Part shown: positions 1-9,316 of the stretch, in pieces
How positions within the stretch are numbered: position 1 is the first letter of the stretch
How the letters are laid out: every line of letters starts with the position of its first letter
Source of the DNA: Candidatus Dormiibacterota bacterium
GTDB lineage: Bacteria > Chloroflexota > Dormibacteria > Aeolococcales > Aeolococcaceae
Direction: 5' to 3'
DNA length: 64,000 nt
NCBI GenBank assembly: GCA_963718525.1
Contig: OY970355.1
Location: 1,440,001-1,504,000 of the forward strand
Program-made: the position numbers and the translations under genes
Notes under the pieces: model-generated
Databases searched by the model: none
Seen by the model: the letters and a program-made list of their open reading frames with translations, nothing else
What the model was told of the DNA's origin: nothing

Positions 1-89
1 CGCTCAATGTGCTGATGTCCGAGCACGGACTGCAGGCGGCATCGAGCCGGCTCGTTGAAGCACTCAACGAACAGGTGAGCGAGCCCTGA
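1..89 (+). CDS. 3' end of an unidentified gene running in from the left edge
   Basis: Frame starting at base 3 reads LNVLMSEHGLQAASSRLVEALNEQVSEP, then TGA at 87-89, 1 nt before the next ATG. Confidence 0.5.
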   Translation, partial: LNVLMSEHGLQAASSRLVEALNEQVSEP

Positions 90-90
90 G

Positions 91-1296
91 ATGACTCGCC
101 TCCGCACCGACCGGGTGCTCCTCATCGGCATCGTCGTCGCGGTGGTCAGTCCGCCGATCCTGACCCTGGTGCTGGCGCGATTGCCGTCTTCCGAGGCCCG
201 CGCATACGTCTTTCTCTATCTCGGCATCGTCGTGTCGCTGGGTCTGCTCACCGGACTCGTCCCGGCGATCGTTGCGGCCGCGATCTCGTCGGTGCTCGCC
301 GACTACTTCTTCCTTCCGCCCGTCGACAGCCTGAGCCTCGCCAATCCGAGCGATGTGCTCTACCTGCTCATTTTCTTCGTGACTGGCGCCGCCGTCGGTG
401 GTGTCGCGGCACTTCGGCGCCGGGCGATCGACGAGGCGCGCGAGCTGTCGCGAACGCTCGGCGCCGCCAACGCTGAACTCGAGCGGCTATATCGCGAGCA
501 GGCGGCGTCAGCGCGCACCGCCATTCGGCTCGCCCAGACGCAGCAGCAGGTCTCAGCGCTTCGCGACGCCGACCGCATCCGACGCGAGCTCCTGCAGAAC
601 GTCAGCCACGAGCTGCGCACCCCGCTGGCGAGCGTCCTGACAGGTGCGACGGTGCTCCTCGGACGGTCCGACCTCACCGAGGCTGTCCGCGGGGGCCTGA
701 CCGGCATCGTCACGCAGTCACGGAGGCTCGATCGCCTGGTGGGTGACATGCTCGACCTGGCCCGCATCGAGGGTCACGCGCTCGAGCTGCACCTCGAACC
801 AGTCGATGTCGTTGCCGCAGCCGAGGCCGCCGCTGCCCGCCTGATACAGACGCGTCCATCGCGGGGCGTCCGTGTGGTCGGGGAGCGGGGATCCCTGGAG
901 GCGCTGGCCGACTGGGAGCGGCTCGGACAGGTGCTGGACAACCTGCTCGTCAACGCTGACCGCTATGCGCCGGTGACCTCGCCGATCGAGATTCGGGTCG
1001 CTCCCGGTGCCCGGGGAACCGTCCTGACCCGAGTGATCGACCACGGTCCCGGCGTCCCCGCGAACATGAGGGAGCGCATCTTCGAGCGCTTCGTCCGCGA
1101 TGAGGACGCCAGTGCCGAGGGCACGGGCCTTGGCCTTGCGATCGTGCGCGGGATCATCGAGGCGCACGCCGGTCGCGTCTGGCTGGACGACCCGGAGAGC
1201 GCCGGCGGCGCTGTGTTCGCCTTCACTCTGCCAGCCGCCCCGGTCGAGCAGGCACAGCCCGAGACCGCCGTCACCGGACCCGCAGTCGCGTCCTAA
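91..1296 (+). CDS. KdpD-type sensor histidine kinase, membrane + kinase portion only (DUF4118-like TM region, HisKA, HATPase_c)
   Basis: N-terminal TM helices ending DYFFLPP; H-box SHELRTPL; N-box NLLVNADRY; DHGPGV and GTGLGLAIV G-boxes; no KdpD or Usp N-terminal domain. Confidence 0.88.
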   Translation: MTRLRTDRVLLIGIVVAVVSPPILTLVLARLPSSEARAYVFLYLGIVVSLGLLTGLVPAIVAAAISSVLADYFFLPPVDSLSLANPSDVLYLLIFFVTGAAVGGVAALRRRAIDEARELSRTLGAANAELERLYREQAASARTAIRLAQTQQQVSALRDADRIRRELLQNVSHELRTPLASVLTGATVLLGRSDLTEAVRGGLTGIVTQSRRLDRLVGDMLDLARIEGHALELHLEPVDVVAAAEAAAARLIQTRPSRGVRVVGERGSLEALADWERLGQVLDNLLVNADRYAPVTSPIEIRVAPGARGTVLTRVIDHGPGVPANMRERIFERFVRDEDASAEGTGLGLAIVRGIIEAHAGRVWLDDPESAGGAVFAFTLPAAPVEQAQPETAVTGPAVAS

Positions 1297-3509
1297 ACGG
1301 CCGCGCTCTCGTGGGGGTTTGGGAGCACGTGAACGTCCACGTCGGTGAGCAGCTCGATGAGCTTGCGCAGCGTCCCGCGACGTCCGCGGCCGCGCGTGAC
1401 CACGATCTCGGTGGCCAGAATCTTGCGCGCGTAGTGCGTGAGGGCGCTCGCCGGGTCCCGCTCGTAGAGGGTCACGAACGTCCCGTCTGCCTGGTGGGTG
1501 AGAGCGGCATAGGCACCGAGGAGTTGCATCTCCTGCTCAGAGCGCTTGCGGTCACGAACCGTGACGGCGGTCATCTTGCCGTCCAGCCGGGCAGCGAGCG
1601 CGGCGGTGCTGGCAATGACGTCCTCCATGCCGGGACGAGGCGGCACGCACAGCATGACCCGCGGCTTCACCTCCCAAGGCGTCTCGATCCCGCGGTCGCG
1701 CATGTACGCGACCAGGCGGCGATCCGTGTGCTCGGCGAGGATGCGGAAGGCGAGCTCGCGGAGGGACGCGAGGATCTCGGGTCGGAAGGCGAGGGAGCGA
1801 GCCTGCGCGGCCTCGCTCGCCGGAACGATCTCACCGCGGCGGAGGCGTTCATCAAGGAGGGACGGCGTGATGTCGACGATCTCGAGCTCCGTCACCTGGT
1901 CGAGGAACGCGTCATCGACAACGTGCTCTGGGCGCGCCCCGAGCATCGCGCCCATGCCCTCAACCGTGCTGCGGAGATCGGTGAGATGCAGCGTCGCGAT
2001 CAGCATCATCCCCGCCCGCAGCAGACGTGGCACCGCCTCGGTGATCGGCCGCCCCTGCGTGTCAACTCCCGCCAGATCGTCGAGGCATGCGACCTCCGGG
2101 TTGCGGCGGAGCAGCGCTTCAACGTCGACAATCCCGTCGCGAGCGGGCGAGCTCCGGCCGCCGAGCATCTCGAGGTCGCCGAGCGCAAGCTCGCAGCGGT
2201 TGCGCCCATCCGTCTTCACCGCGGCAACGACGACATCCGTGCCGCGCTGCTGGCGACGATTCGCCTCATCGAGCATCGCCACCGTTGTGCCGCAGCCGCG
2301 GGCATATCCGAGGTAGACGCGCAGCCCGGAGCGGCTCGCGCTGGCGTGCAGCGCGCGGAGGAGCATGTCCGAGTCGGGGCGCTGGTCGCTGGCGAATGGA
2401 ACGTCGCGGCTGACCGGAGCAGGACGGGCAACGACGTGCACGCTCACGTCCGGCAGCTCGGCGATCAACCGGTCCACGAGCCCGCGTCGGAGACGGCCGC
2501 GCACTCCGGCATGGGCCGCCTCACCGACAACGACGTGCTGTACGGCGAGCTCCTGCGCGACGCCGATCACAGCATCGGCGACCTTGCCCTCGCGCTCGAG
2601 GAACCCGCACTGCAGGAGTTCGGCCAGCTCCCTTGCCTTGGTTCGGCCGCGCTCCGTCTCCTCATCGTGCCGCCCCGACACGACGAGCACCGTGCAGAAT
2701 CCGCCGAAGCGCCGCGCGAGGCGGCTGGCACGCCGGATCAGCGGGCCGCTGCTCTGACGGCCGCTGACGGCGACGAGCACGGATTGCGGAGCTGGGCGGA
2801 CGGCGCCCCGCGCGCGACCGACGGTCTGCGCCACCAGTCGAAGCGCGATCTCGCGGAGCGCTGCGAGATTTCCCGGCCGGAAGAAATTCGCGAGCGCCGT
2901 GTCGATCTTCTCCGGTGCGTAGATGTTGCCGTGACGCATGCGCTTTCGCAGCGCCTCGGGGGAGATGTCGATGAACTGGATCTCGTCAGCATTGTCGAGA
3001 ACCTGGTCGGGCAGGGTCTCGCGAACCGGTATGCCGGTGATCCGCTCGGCGAGGTCCTTGACGGACTCGAGGTGCTGCACGTTGACGGTGGTGACCACGT
3101 CGATCCCGGCGTCGAGAATCTCCTCGACGTCCTCGTAGCGCTTGGCGTGGCGAACGCCGGGCACGTTGGTGTGAGCGAGCTCATCGATGAGCACGACCTG
3201 GGGGCGGCGCGCGAGGATCGCGTCAAGGTCCATCTCCTCCATGAGCTTCCCGTGGTACTCGGCCTTGAGCCGCGGGACGACCTCGAGGCTGCCGATGGCC
3301 TGCTCGGTGAGCTTGCGCCCGTGGGTTTCCACGTATCCCACGACGACGTCCTCACCCTGGGAGCGGCGGTCGTGAGCTTCACGGAGCATCGCGAAGGTCT
3401 TGCCGCTCCCTGGCGTGGCCCCGAGGAACACGCGCAGATGGCCGCGCCCCGTCTTTGCCGGGGCCGCCATGGTATCGGTCGCGAGCGTGCCGGTCATCTG
3501 ACTAATCAT
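1293..3509 (-). CDS. Soluble tandem KdpD(N-terminal sensor)-Usp-KdpD-Usp protein without kinase domain
   Basis: LRVFLGATPGSGKTFAML...DELAHTN...KRYEDVEE...TTVNVQHLES (KdpD domain) then a Usp domain; second copy LRVYLGYARGCGTT...TLHLTDLRS plus a second Usp. Start may be ATG 3497. Confidence 0.88.
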   Translation of the reverse strand: MISQMTGTLATDTMAAPAKTGRGHLRVFLGATPGSGKTFAMLREAHDRRSQGEDVVVGYVETHGRKLTEQAIGSLEVVPRLKAEYHGKLMEEMDLDAILARRPQVVLIDELAHTNVPGVRHAKRYEDVEEILDAGIDVVTTVNVQHLESVKDLAERITGIPVRETLPDQVLDNADEIQFIDISPEALRKRMRHGNIYAPEKIDTALANFFRPGNLAALREIALRLVAQTVGRARGAVRPAPQSVLVAVSGRQSSGPLIRRASRLARRFGGFCTVLVVSGRHDEETERGRTKARELAELLQCGFLEREGKVADAVIGVAQELAVQHVVVGEAAHAGVRGRLRRGLVDRLIAELPDVSVHVVARPAPVSRDVPFASDQRPDSDMLLRALHASASRSGLRVYLGYARGCGTTVAMLDEANRRQQRGTDVVVAAVKTDGRNRCELALGDLEMLGGRSSPARDGIVDVEALLRRNPEVACLDDLAGVDTQGRPITEAVPRLLRAGMMLIATLHLTDLRSTVEGMGAMLGARPEHVVDDAFLDQVTELEIVDITPSLLDERLRRGEIVPASEAAQARSLAFRPEILASLRELAFRILAEHTDRRLVAYMRDRGIETPWEVKPRVMLCVPPRPGMEDVIASTAALAARLDGKMTAVTVRDRKRSEQEMQLLGAYAALTHQADGTFVTLYERDPASALTHYARKILATEIVVTRGRGRRGTLRKLIELLTDVDVHVLPNPHESAAV

Positions 3510-3536
3510 GCGCGCGCCGGCAGCCCCCTAAACGCG

Positions 3537-4184
3537 TTACCCGCTCAGACTGGCCTGCTGGGCGTCGAGCGCGAGGTTGAGCTTGAGGACGTTGACCACC
3601 GGTTCGCCGAAGATCCAGAGGATGCGGCCTTGCAGCTGCGATTCAACGAGCGCCTGGACCTTGGTGGCGCTGAGGCCACGGGCACCTGCCACCATGTTCA
3701 CCTGGGCGAGCGCGGCGGCCTCACTGATGTCAGGGTCGAAGCCCGTGAAATCGGAGGTGACGAGGTCGATCGGGATGGGGGTGGAGACGCCGGCCGCGGT
3801 GTAGGCGGCGACGGCCGCCTTCGTGTTCTCCAGCAACAGAGAGTTGGACGCCCCGTAGTTGCTACCCGTGGAGTTCGCCGCGTTGCAGGGCTGCAGGACG
3901 CCGGTGCTGGCGTTGGTCGTGTACGAGAGGCGTCCCTGGAAGTACTTGGTGTTGATAGTGATCTTCAAGCTCCCGTCCTTGGCAAGGGTCTCCTGCGGGC
4001 AACTCTGTCCGATCATCGTGGACCCGACGACCTTGCCGTTGACCGTGATCAGGCTGCCGTTGGCATTGCTGTTGAACGCGACCTGCGAGATGCCGGTGAT
4101 CACGAACGTGTATACCAGCGCGAGCGCGGCGACGAAGACGGTGAGCCGGAGGCCGATCAGGAGTTGCTTGGGAAGGTTGCGCAT
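3537..4184 (-). CDS. kdpC: K+-transporting ATPase subunit C
   Basis: N-terminal TM helix, ANGSLI...GS.MIGQ, YFQGRLS, GSNYGASN, DLVTSD..GFDPDIS, GEPVVNVLKLNLALD. Confidence 0.95.
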   Translation of the reverse strand: MRNLPKQLLIGLRLTVFVAALALVYTFVITGISQVAFNSNANGSLITVNGKVVGSTMIGQSCPQETLAKDGSLKITINTKYFQGRLSYTTNASTGVLQPCNAANSTGSNYGASNSLLLENTKAAVAAYTAAGVSTPIPIDLVTSDFTGFDPDISEAAALAQVNMVAGARGLSATKVQALVESQLQGRILWIFGEPVVNVLKLNLALDAQQASLSG

Positions 4185-4194
4185 GGTGTGTCGC

Positions 4195-6255
4195 CTAGAC
4201 CAGGTGAGCTGCGGTGATGATCAGGTCGATGATCTTGATGCCGATGAAGGGCGCGATGATGCCGCCCAGACCGTAGATGAGCAGGTTGCGGCGCAGCAGC
4301 GCCGCAGCGCCGACGGCGCGGAAACGCACGCCGCGAAGCGCGAGCGGGACGAGCGCGATGATGATGAGCGCGTTGAAGATGACGGCGCTGAGAATCGCGC
4401 TGTGCGCCGAATGCAAACCCATGACGTTGAGCACCGACAATGGCTTGAGTGCCGCGTACGCAGTGAACATGGCCGGGATGATCGCGAAGTATTTGGCGAC
4501 GTCGTTGGCGATGCTGAAGGTTGTGAGCGCGCCGCGTGTGATCAGCATCTGCTTGCCGGTCTCAACGATCTCGATGAGCTTGGTCGGATCACTGTCGAGA
4601 TCGACGAGGTTGCCAGCCTCCTTGGCGGCTTGGGTGCCACTGTTCATGGCGACGCCGACGTCAGCCTGCGCCAGCGCCGGAGCGTCGTTGGTGCCGTCAC
4701 CGGTCATGGCGACGAGCTTGCCGCCGGCCTGCTCCTGACGGATGAGGTCGAGCTTGTTCTCCGGGGTCGCCTGCGCAAGGAAGTCGTCGACGCCTGCTTC
4801 GGCGGCGATGGCCGCCGCGGTCAGGGGGTTGTCCCCGGTGATCATCACGGTGCGAAGTCCCATGCGACGCAGCTCCGCGAACCGTTCGGCGATGCCCGGC
4901 TTGACGATGTCCTTCAGGTGGATCGTCCCCAGAACGACGCGGTTCTCGGCGACGAGCAGCGGTGTCCCACCACTGCGGGCAATCACCTCGACCTGGGCGT
5001 TGACCTCGGTCGACACCGCGTTGCCGCCGGCCCATTTGTCGATGGAGTCACCGGCACCCTTGCGGATGCTGTCGCTCGCCCGGTCAACGCCGCTCATCCG
5101 GGTTTCTGCCGTGAACGGCACGAACGTCCAGGGATCACCGGCGGCCTCTTCCGGGGCGCCGAAGCGCCGTGCCAGCGCGACGATCGAGCGGCCTTCGGGG
5201 GTCTCGTCGGCGCGGCTGGCCAGGTCGGCCGCCTGCACGAGCCGCTCCATCTTGATGCCGGGCGCAGGCAGGAACTCCGTCGCCTGACGGTTGCCGAGGG
5301 TGATGGTGCCGGTCTTGTCGAGCAGCAGGGTGTCGACGTCGCCTGCGGCCTCGACGGCGCGTCCCGACATGGCGAGGACGTTCTTCTGCAGCAGGCGGTC
5401 GATACCCGCGATGCCGATGGCGCTCAGCAGCCCACCGATCGTGGTGGGAATCAGGCAGACGAGCAGGGCGATCAGGACCGTCACTTCGATCGAAGCGCCG
5501 GAGTAGATGGCGTACGGCTGGAGGGTCACCACCGCGATGAGGAAGATGAGAGTCAAGCTGGCGAGCAGGATGTTGAGGGCGATCTCGTTGGGCGTCTTCT
5601 GACGTGAGGCGCTCTCGACCAGCGAGATCATGCGATCGAGGAACGTCTCTCCCGGGTTCTGCGTGATCTCGATGACGATGCGATCGCTCAGGACGCGCGT
5701 GCCACCCGTGACGGCACTCCGGTCGCCGCCGGCCTCGCGAATGACTGGTGCGGATTCACCTGTGATCGCCGACTCATCGACGCTGGCGATGCCATCGACG
5801 ATCGTGCCGTCGCTCGGGATCACGTCGCCCGCCTCGCACACGACGATGTCACCCTTGCGCAGCTCGATCGCGGGCACGGGAGTCTCCGTTCCGCCGATAC
5901 CACCCTGCAGCTTGCGGGCGATCGTCTCCGTCCGCGTGCGGCGCAGCGCCTGCGCCTGCGCCTTGCCGCGGCCCTCAGCGATGGCTTCGGCGAAGTTCGC
6001 GAAGAGCACGGTGAACCAGAGCCAGAGTGCGATTTGCCCGACGAAGCTTGTGTCGGTCGCACCTCCGAAGATGTCCGCGATGAACACATACGTCGTCATC
6101 ACGGCGCCGATCTCCACGATGAACATCACGGGGTTGCGCACCATCACGCGCGGATTGAGCTTGACGAAGCTCTGACCGATGGCTGGGAGGAGCAGCTCTG
6201 GATCAGTGACGCTGCTGCGCCGGCGCTTGGGGTTGCGTACCGCTGCGAGAGCCAT
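4195..6255 (-). CDS. kdpB: K+-transporting P-type ATPase subunit B
   Basis: [25 protein letters not shown] phosphorylation site, [28 protein letters not shown]. Confidence 0.98.
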   Translation of the reverse strand: MALAAVRNPKRRRSSVTDPELLLPAIGQSFVKLNPRVMVRNPVMFIVEIGAVMTTYVFIADIFGGATDTSFVGQIALWLWFTVLFANFAEAIAEGRGKAQAQALRRTRTETIARKLQGGIGGTETPVPAIELRKGDIVVCEAGDVIPSDGTIVDGIASVDESAITGESAPVIREAGGDRSAVTGGTRVLSDRIVIEITQNPGETFLDRMISLVESASRQKTPNEIALNILLASLTLIFLIAVVTLQPYAIYSGASIEVTVLIALLVCLIPTTIGGLLSAIGIAGIDRLLQKNVLAMSGRAVEAAGDVDTLLLDKTGTITLGNRQATEFLPAPGIKMERLVQAADLASRADETPEGRSIVALARRFGAPEEAAGDPWTFVPFTAETRMSGVDRASDSIRKGAGDSIDKWAGGNAVSTEVNAQVEVIARSGGTPLLVAENRVVLGTIHLKDIVKPGIAERFAELRRMGLRTVMITGDNPLTAAAIAAEAGVDDFLAQATPENKLDLIRQEQAGGKLVAMTGDGTNDAPALAQADVGVAMNSGTQAAKEAGNLVDLDSDPTKLIEIVETGKQMLITRGALTTFSIANDVAKYFAIIPAMFTAYAALKPLSVLNVMGLHSAHSAILSAVIFNALIIIALVPLALRGVRFRAVGAAALLRRNLLIYGLGGIIAPFIGIKIIDLIITAAHLV

Positions 6256-6257
6256 GG

Positions 6258-7982
6258 TCAGTGCACCGTGATGAGCTTGAAGTGCTCGAGAATCGGCCCG
6301 AGCGAGACAGCCGGGAAGAAGGTGAGGGCGGCGACGATGATGATCGTCCCGATCAGCAATGCGACGAAGAGCGGACCGTCAGTTGGGAAGGTACCCGCGC
6401 TTGCCGGCACGATCTTCTTCTTGACGAGGCTGCCGGCCAGCGCCATCACGGGGATCAAGAACAGGAACCGCCCCGTCCACATCGCGCCGGCGAGCATCAG
6501 GTTGTAGAAGACGGTGTTGCCCGAAAGACCGGCAAACGCGCTGCCGTTGTTGCCGGTCGTGGATGCGAACGCATAGAGGATCTCCGTCAGCATGTGCGGC
6601 GTTCCCTGCGTTGCGATCGGTCCAGCCTGACCTCCCGCGGTGAGCACGGCGATCGCCGAGAAACCGAGGATCGACGCCGGCAGGATCAGAAGCGCCAGGG
6701 CCGCGAACTTGACGTCGCGCCCCTCGATCTTCTTGCCGATGTATTCGGGCGTCCGGCCGACCATCAAACCGGCGATGAACACCGCGACAATCGCGAAGAC
6801 GACCATGCCGTAGAGGCCCGAGCCGACGTCCCCCGGAGTGATCTCTCCGAGCTTGATGAGCACGAGTGGCACCAAGCCTCCGATGGGCGTGAGGCTGTCC
6901 TGCGACGCGTCGACCGACCCAGTGCTGGTACCGGTCGTGGCCGTGTTGTACAGCGCCGACTGGACCGGTCCGTTGCGGACTTCCTTGCCCTCCATGTTCC
7001 CGCCCTCGGACTGGCTCGTGGCGAGTTGCGTGGCGCCCGTGCCAACAAGCGCCGGGTTGCCCTGCTGCTCCTGCCAAGCGACCACCCCGAATCCCGCGAT
7101 GAGGATGATCCCCATGACCGCGCCGAGCGCGATCCCTTGCTTGACCTTGCCCACCCACTTCCCGAAGGTGATGGCCAATCCGAAGGGGATCAGCAGGCAG
7201 ATGAAGATCTCCAGCGAGTTCGTGAAGCCGTTGGGATTCTCGAACGGATGGGCGGCATTCGCGTTGAAGTAACCTCCGCCGTTGGTGCCGAGGTCCTTGA
7301 TCGCCTCCATCGACGCCACCGGCCCCTGTGCGATCGTCTGCAGGCCGTTGGTGAGCGTGTGCACCACCGAGTAGTTGCTGAAGTTCTGGATCGCGCCGTT
7401 TGCGACCAGCACGAGTGCCAGAACCACGCTGATCGGGAGCAGGATGTACAGGATCCCACGCACCATGTCCGCCCAGAAGTTGCCGAGCGTACTCATGGTT
7501 CGCCGGGCGATCGCGCGGATGATCACGATCGCCACCGCCATGCCCATCGCCGCACTGAGGAACTGGTGGAGCACAAGACCGACGATCTGCGAGAAGTAAC
7601 TCATGGTCGCTTCGCCGGCGTAGTTCTGCCAGTTGGTGTTGGTGGCGAAGCTCATCGCGGTGTTGAACGCGAGTGTTGGTGCAACGCCGGGGAGGTTCGC
7701 CGGATTGAACGGCAGGTGGTCCTGGAAACGGAGCACCAGATACGTGAAGCCGATGCTCATGAAGGTCACGGCCATGATCGATACGAGATACGCGACCCAG
7801 CCCTGTTCGTGGCTCTCGTCAACGCCGATGAGGCGGTAGGTAACACGTTCAACCGGGCGGATGAGCGGGCTCAGCCAGACGCGCTCACCCTTGTACACCT
7901 TGACCATGTAGCCGCCGATGAACCACGCGCCGACGCCGACCGCGGCGTACGTGACCACCGCGGCAATGATGTCGAGGACCAT
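6258..7982 (-). CDS. kdpA: K+-transporting ATPase subunit A
   Basis: [57 protein letters not shown]. Confidence 0.98.
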   Translation of the reverse strand: MVLDIIAAVVTYAAVGVGAWFIGGYMVKVYKGERVWLSPLIRPVERVTYRLIGVDESHEQGWVAYLVSIMAVTFMSIGFTYLVLRFQDHLPFNPANLPGVAPTLAFNTAMSFATNTNWQNYAGEATMSYFSQIVGLVLHQFLSAAMGMAVAIVIIRAIARRTMSTLGNFWADMVRGILYILLPISVVLALVLVANGAIQNFSNYSVVHTLTNGLQTIAQGPVASMEAIKDLGTNGGGYFNANAAHPFENPNGFTNSLEIFICLLIPFGLAITFGKWVGKVKQGIALGAVMGIILIAGFGVVAWQEQQGNPALVGTGATQLATSQSEGGNMEGKEVRNGPVQSALYNTATTGTSTGSVDASQDSLTPIGGLVPLVLIKLGEITPGDVGSGLYGMVVFAIVAVFIAGLMVGRTPEYIGKKIEGRDVKFAALALLILPASILGFSAIAVLTAGGQAGPIATQGTPHMLTEILYAFASTTGNNGSAFAGLSGNTVFYNLMLAGAMWTGRFLFLIPVMALAGSLVKKKIVPASAGTFPTDGPLFVALLIGTIIIVAALTFFPAVSLGPILEHFKLITVH

Positions 7983-8071
7983 CAGAAGCGCTCAGGAGCG
8001 ATGAGCGCGACGAGGAGGTAGATCCCCGCAATCAACGCAATGATCGCGGACACGATGTACCCAGTGAGCAC
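7982..8071 (-). CDS. kdpF: K+-transporting ATPase subunit F (29 aa; absent from the ORF track)
   Basis: GTG start, (M)LTGYIVSAIIALIAGIYLLVALIAPERF*; KdpF C-terminal YL..AL..PERF signature; GGGAGG RBS; TGATG overlap with the kdpA start. Confidence 0.92.
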   Translation of the reverse strand: MLTGYIVSAIIALIAGIYLLVALIAPERF

Positions 8072-8072
8072 G

Positions 8073-8159
8073 TCAGATCCTCCCCAGCCCGGCGGCCAGA
8101 AGATACGCCGCGACGAGCATCCCGGCGAAACAGAGCACAACCAGCAGGTCGAGTGGCAC
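8073..8159 (-). CDS. 28-aa single-TM peptide upstream of kdpF (kdp accessory peptide)
   Basis: (M)PLDLLVVLCFAGMLVAAYLLAAGLGRI*; stop 1 nt before the kdpF GTG; start lies 6 nt after a -10-like GATACT. Confidence 0.7.
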   Translation of the reverse strand: MPLDLLVVLCFAGMLVAAYLLAAGLGRI

Positions 8160-8165
8160 GGGACG

Positions 8166-8210
8166 AGTATCGAATCGGCTGCGTCAACGCTGCGTCAACG
8201 AAGGGTCAAC
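8166..8210 (-). promoter_or_regulatory. kdp operon promoter with three 11-bp-period GTTGAC direct repeats (putative KdpE boxes) and -10-like GATACT
   Basis: GTCAAC on the + strand at 8183, 8194 and 8205; GATACT (- strand) at 8171-8166, 11 nt from the proximal repeat. Confidence 0.7.
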
Positions 8211-8251
8211 CTGGTCCCGCCGCCCGCTACCGAGTTCGCACCCTGTGCGAC

Positions 8252-9085
8252 TCAGCGATGCGCCAGCCTCACGCGCGGTGCACCGGCGCCAAGCGCCGCA
8301 CCGGCCTGGTCGGCGAGTGTGACAGCGGCGAGCAGCTGATCGCGTCGCACCTTCGTACCCGGCTCGGCGACCAGCACGTAACGGCCGAGGCGTCGCTGGT
8401 CGTGCTCCACGTCGATCGTGATCTCCTTGCCGGGGAGGCCGAGCGTGTCAACTCCCCACCAGATGCGCCCCCAGCTCACGTTGCCGTTTCGATCGATGGT
8501 CGGACCCGGGCGCTCCGGACGCGATGTGTCGAACCAACAGTCGCGCAGCCCGAGCAGGCTGCGCAACTCCCTGGCAACCGCGTCGACAACCTCGTCCGCT
8601 TCGGCTCCGGCGGCCATCAACTCGGCAACGGCCTGGATATGCGCGAGGTCGTCGCTCTGTCGCACCGCGAGTCCACGGTTTCTGCGATTCCGCGCGGAAA
8701 GCTGGCCGACGATCAGCCCTCCGATGAGCAGCAACGCCGTGGTCTCGATGTCCTGCGGATGAGAGATCGAAAGGGATCCATAGGGCTGCGTGAAGCCGAT
8801 GTCGTAGCAGAGTGCCGCGGATACGGCAGCGATCAGTGCGGTGAATCGCGTCCCGATCGATGCGAGCAACGCGACCAGGACGGCGAAACCGAGAGCTACA
8901 GACGCAGCCGATGCCTGGCCACGAAACGGCAGGAGCGCGAAGGCGAGCGCGATAGGCGCGACCACCGCGGCTATAAGCACCGCCATCGGCACGATCCTGG
9001 GCGCGATCGCGCGCACCCGAGTCCACCAGCCCCTTCGGGGGCTGTCCGGCTCGGACGGCGTCGCGCTCGGGAGCATTGTCACCAC
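8252..9085 (-). CDS. DUF4118-like (KdpD TM region) membrane protein with GAF-like C-terminus, no kinase domain
   Basis: About 4 TM helices with CYDIGFTQPYGSLSISHPQDI (KdpD-like FF..P...L.I loop), followed by a GAF-like region ending LLAAVTLADQAGAAL. Confidence 0.75.
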   Translation of the reverse strand: MVTMLPSATPSEPDSPRRGWWTRVRAIAPRIVPMAVLIAAVVAPIALAFALLPFRGQASAASVALGFAVLVALLASIGTRFTALIAAVSAALCYDIGFTQPYGSLSISHPQDIETTALLLIGGLIVGQLSARNRRNRGLAVRQSDDLAHIQAVAELMAAGAEADEVVDAVARELRSLLGLRDCWFDTSRPERPGPTIDRNGNVSWGRIWWGVDTLGLPGKEITIDVEHDQRRLGRYVLVAEPGTKVRRDQLLAAVTLADQAGAALGAGAPRVRLAHR

Positions 9086-9091
9086 GCCCGG

Positions 9092-9238
9092 CTAGATGCC
9101 ACCTCCGGTCGGCCACTCGACGACCGCCGCCTCCCGAGCGTTGAGATCGTCGCACGCGAGGACGAGGTCGCCATGCGCCCCCGGGGTAACGTTCTCCGTC
9201 CCTGACGCCACAACGACGTACTCATCCTCACGCATCAT
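9092..9238 (-). CDS. Possible 48-aa acidic small protein
   Basis: MMREDEYVVVASGTENVTPGAHGDLVLACDDLNAREAAVVEWPTGGGI*; fills the gap between the second repeat promoter and the DUF4118 gene. Confidence 0.3.
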   Translation of the reverse strand: MMREDEYVVVASGTENVTPGAHGDLVLACDDLNAREAAVVEWPTGGGI

Positions 9239-9281
9239 CTCGATCCCTATTGTTCACCTTCATCGTCGTCGTGCACCACGT

Positions 9282-9316
9282 AGGATCTCAGCGCGGCCGT
9301 CAACGGTGCATCAACG
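9282..9316 (-). promoter_or_regulatory. Second putative KdpE-box promoter (GTTGAT-N5-GTTGAC-N11-GATCCT)
   Basis: GTCAAC at 9299 and ATCAAC at 9310 (11-bp period); same 11-nt spacing to a -10-like hexamer as at 8166-8210. Confidence 0.6.

Noticed and set aside
1311-8021. Very long + strand ORFs (968, 582 and 586 aa) over the kdp locus; similar ones opposite aceE, glgP, zwf and tkt
   Set aside because: Antisense shadows of high-GC coding genes, with no recognisable motifs; the opposite strand carries clear conserved proteins
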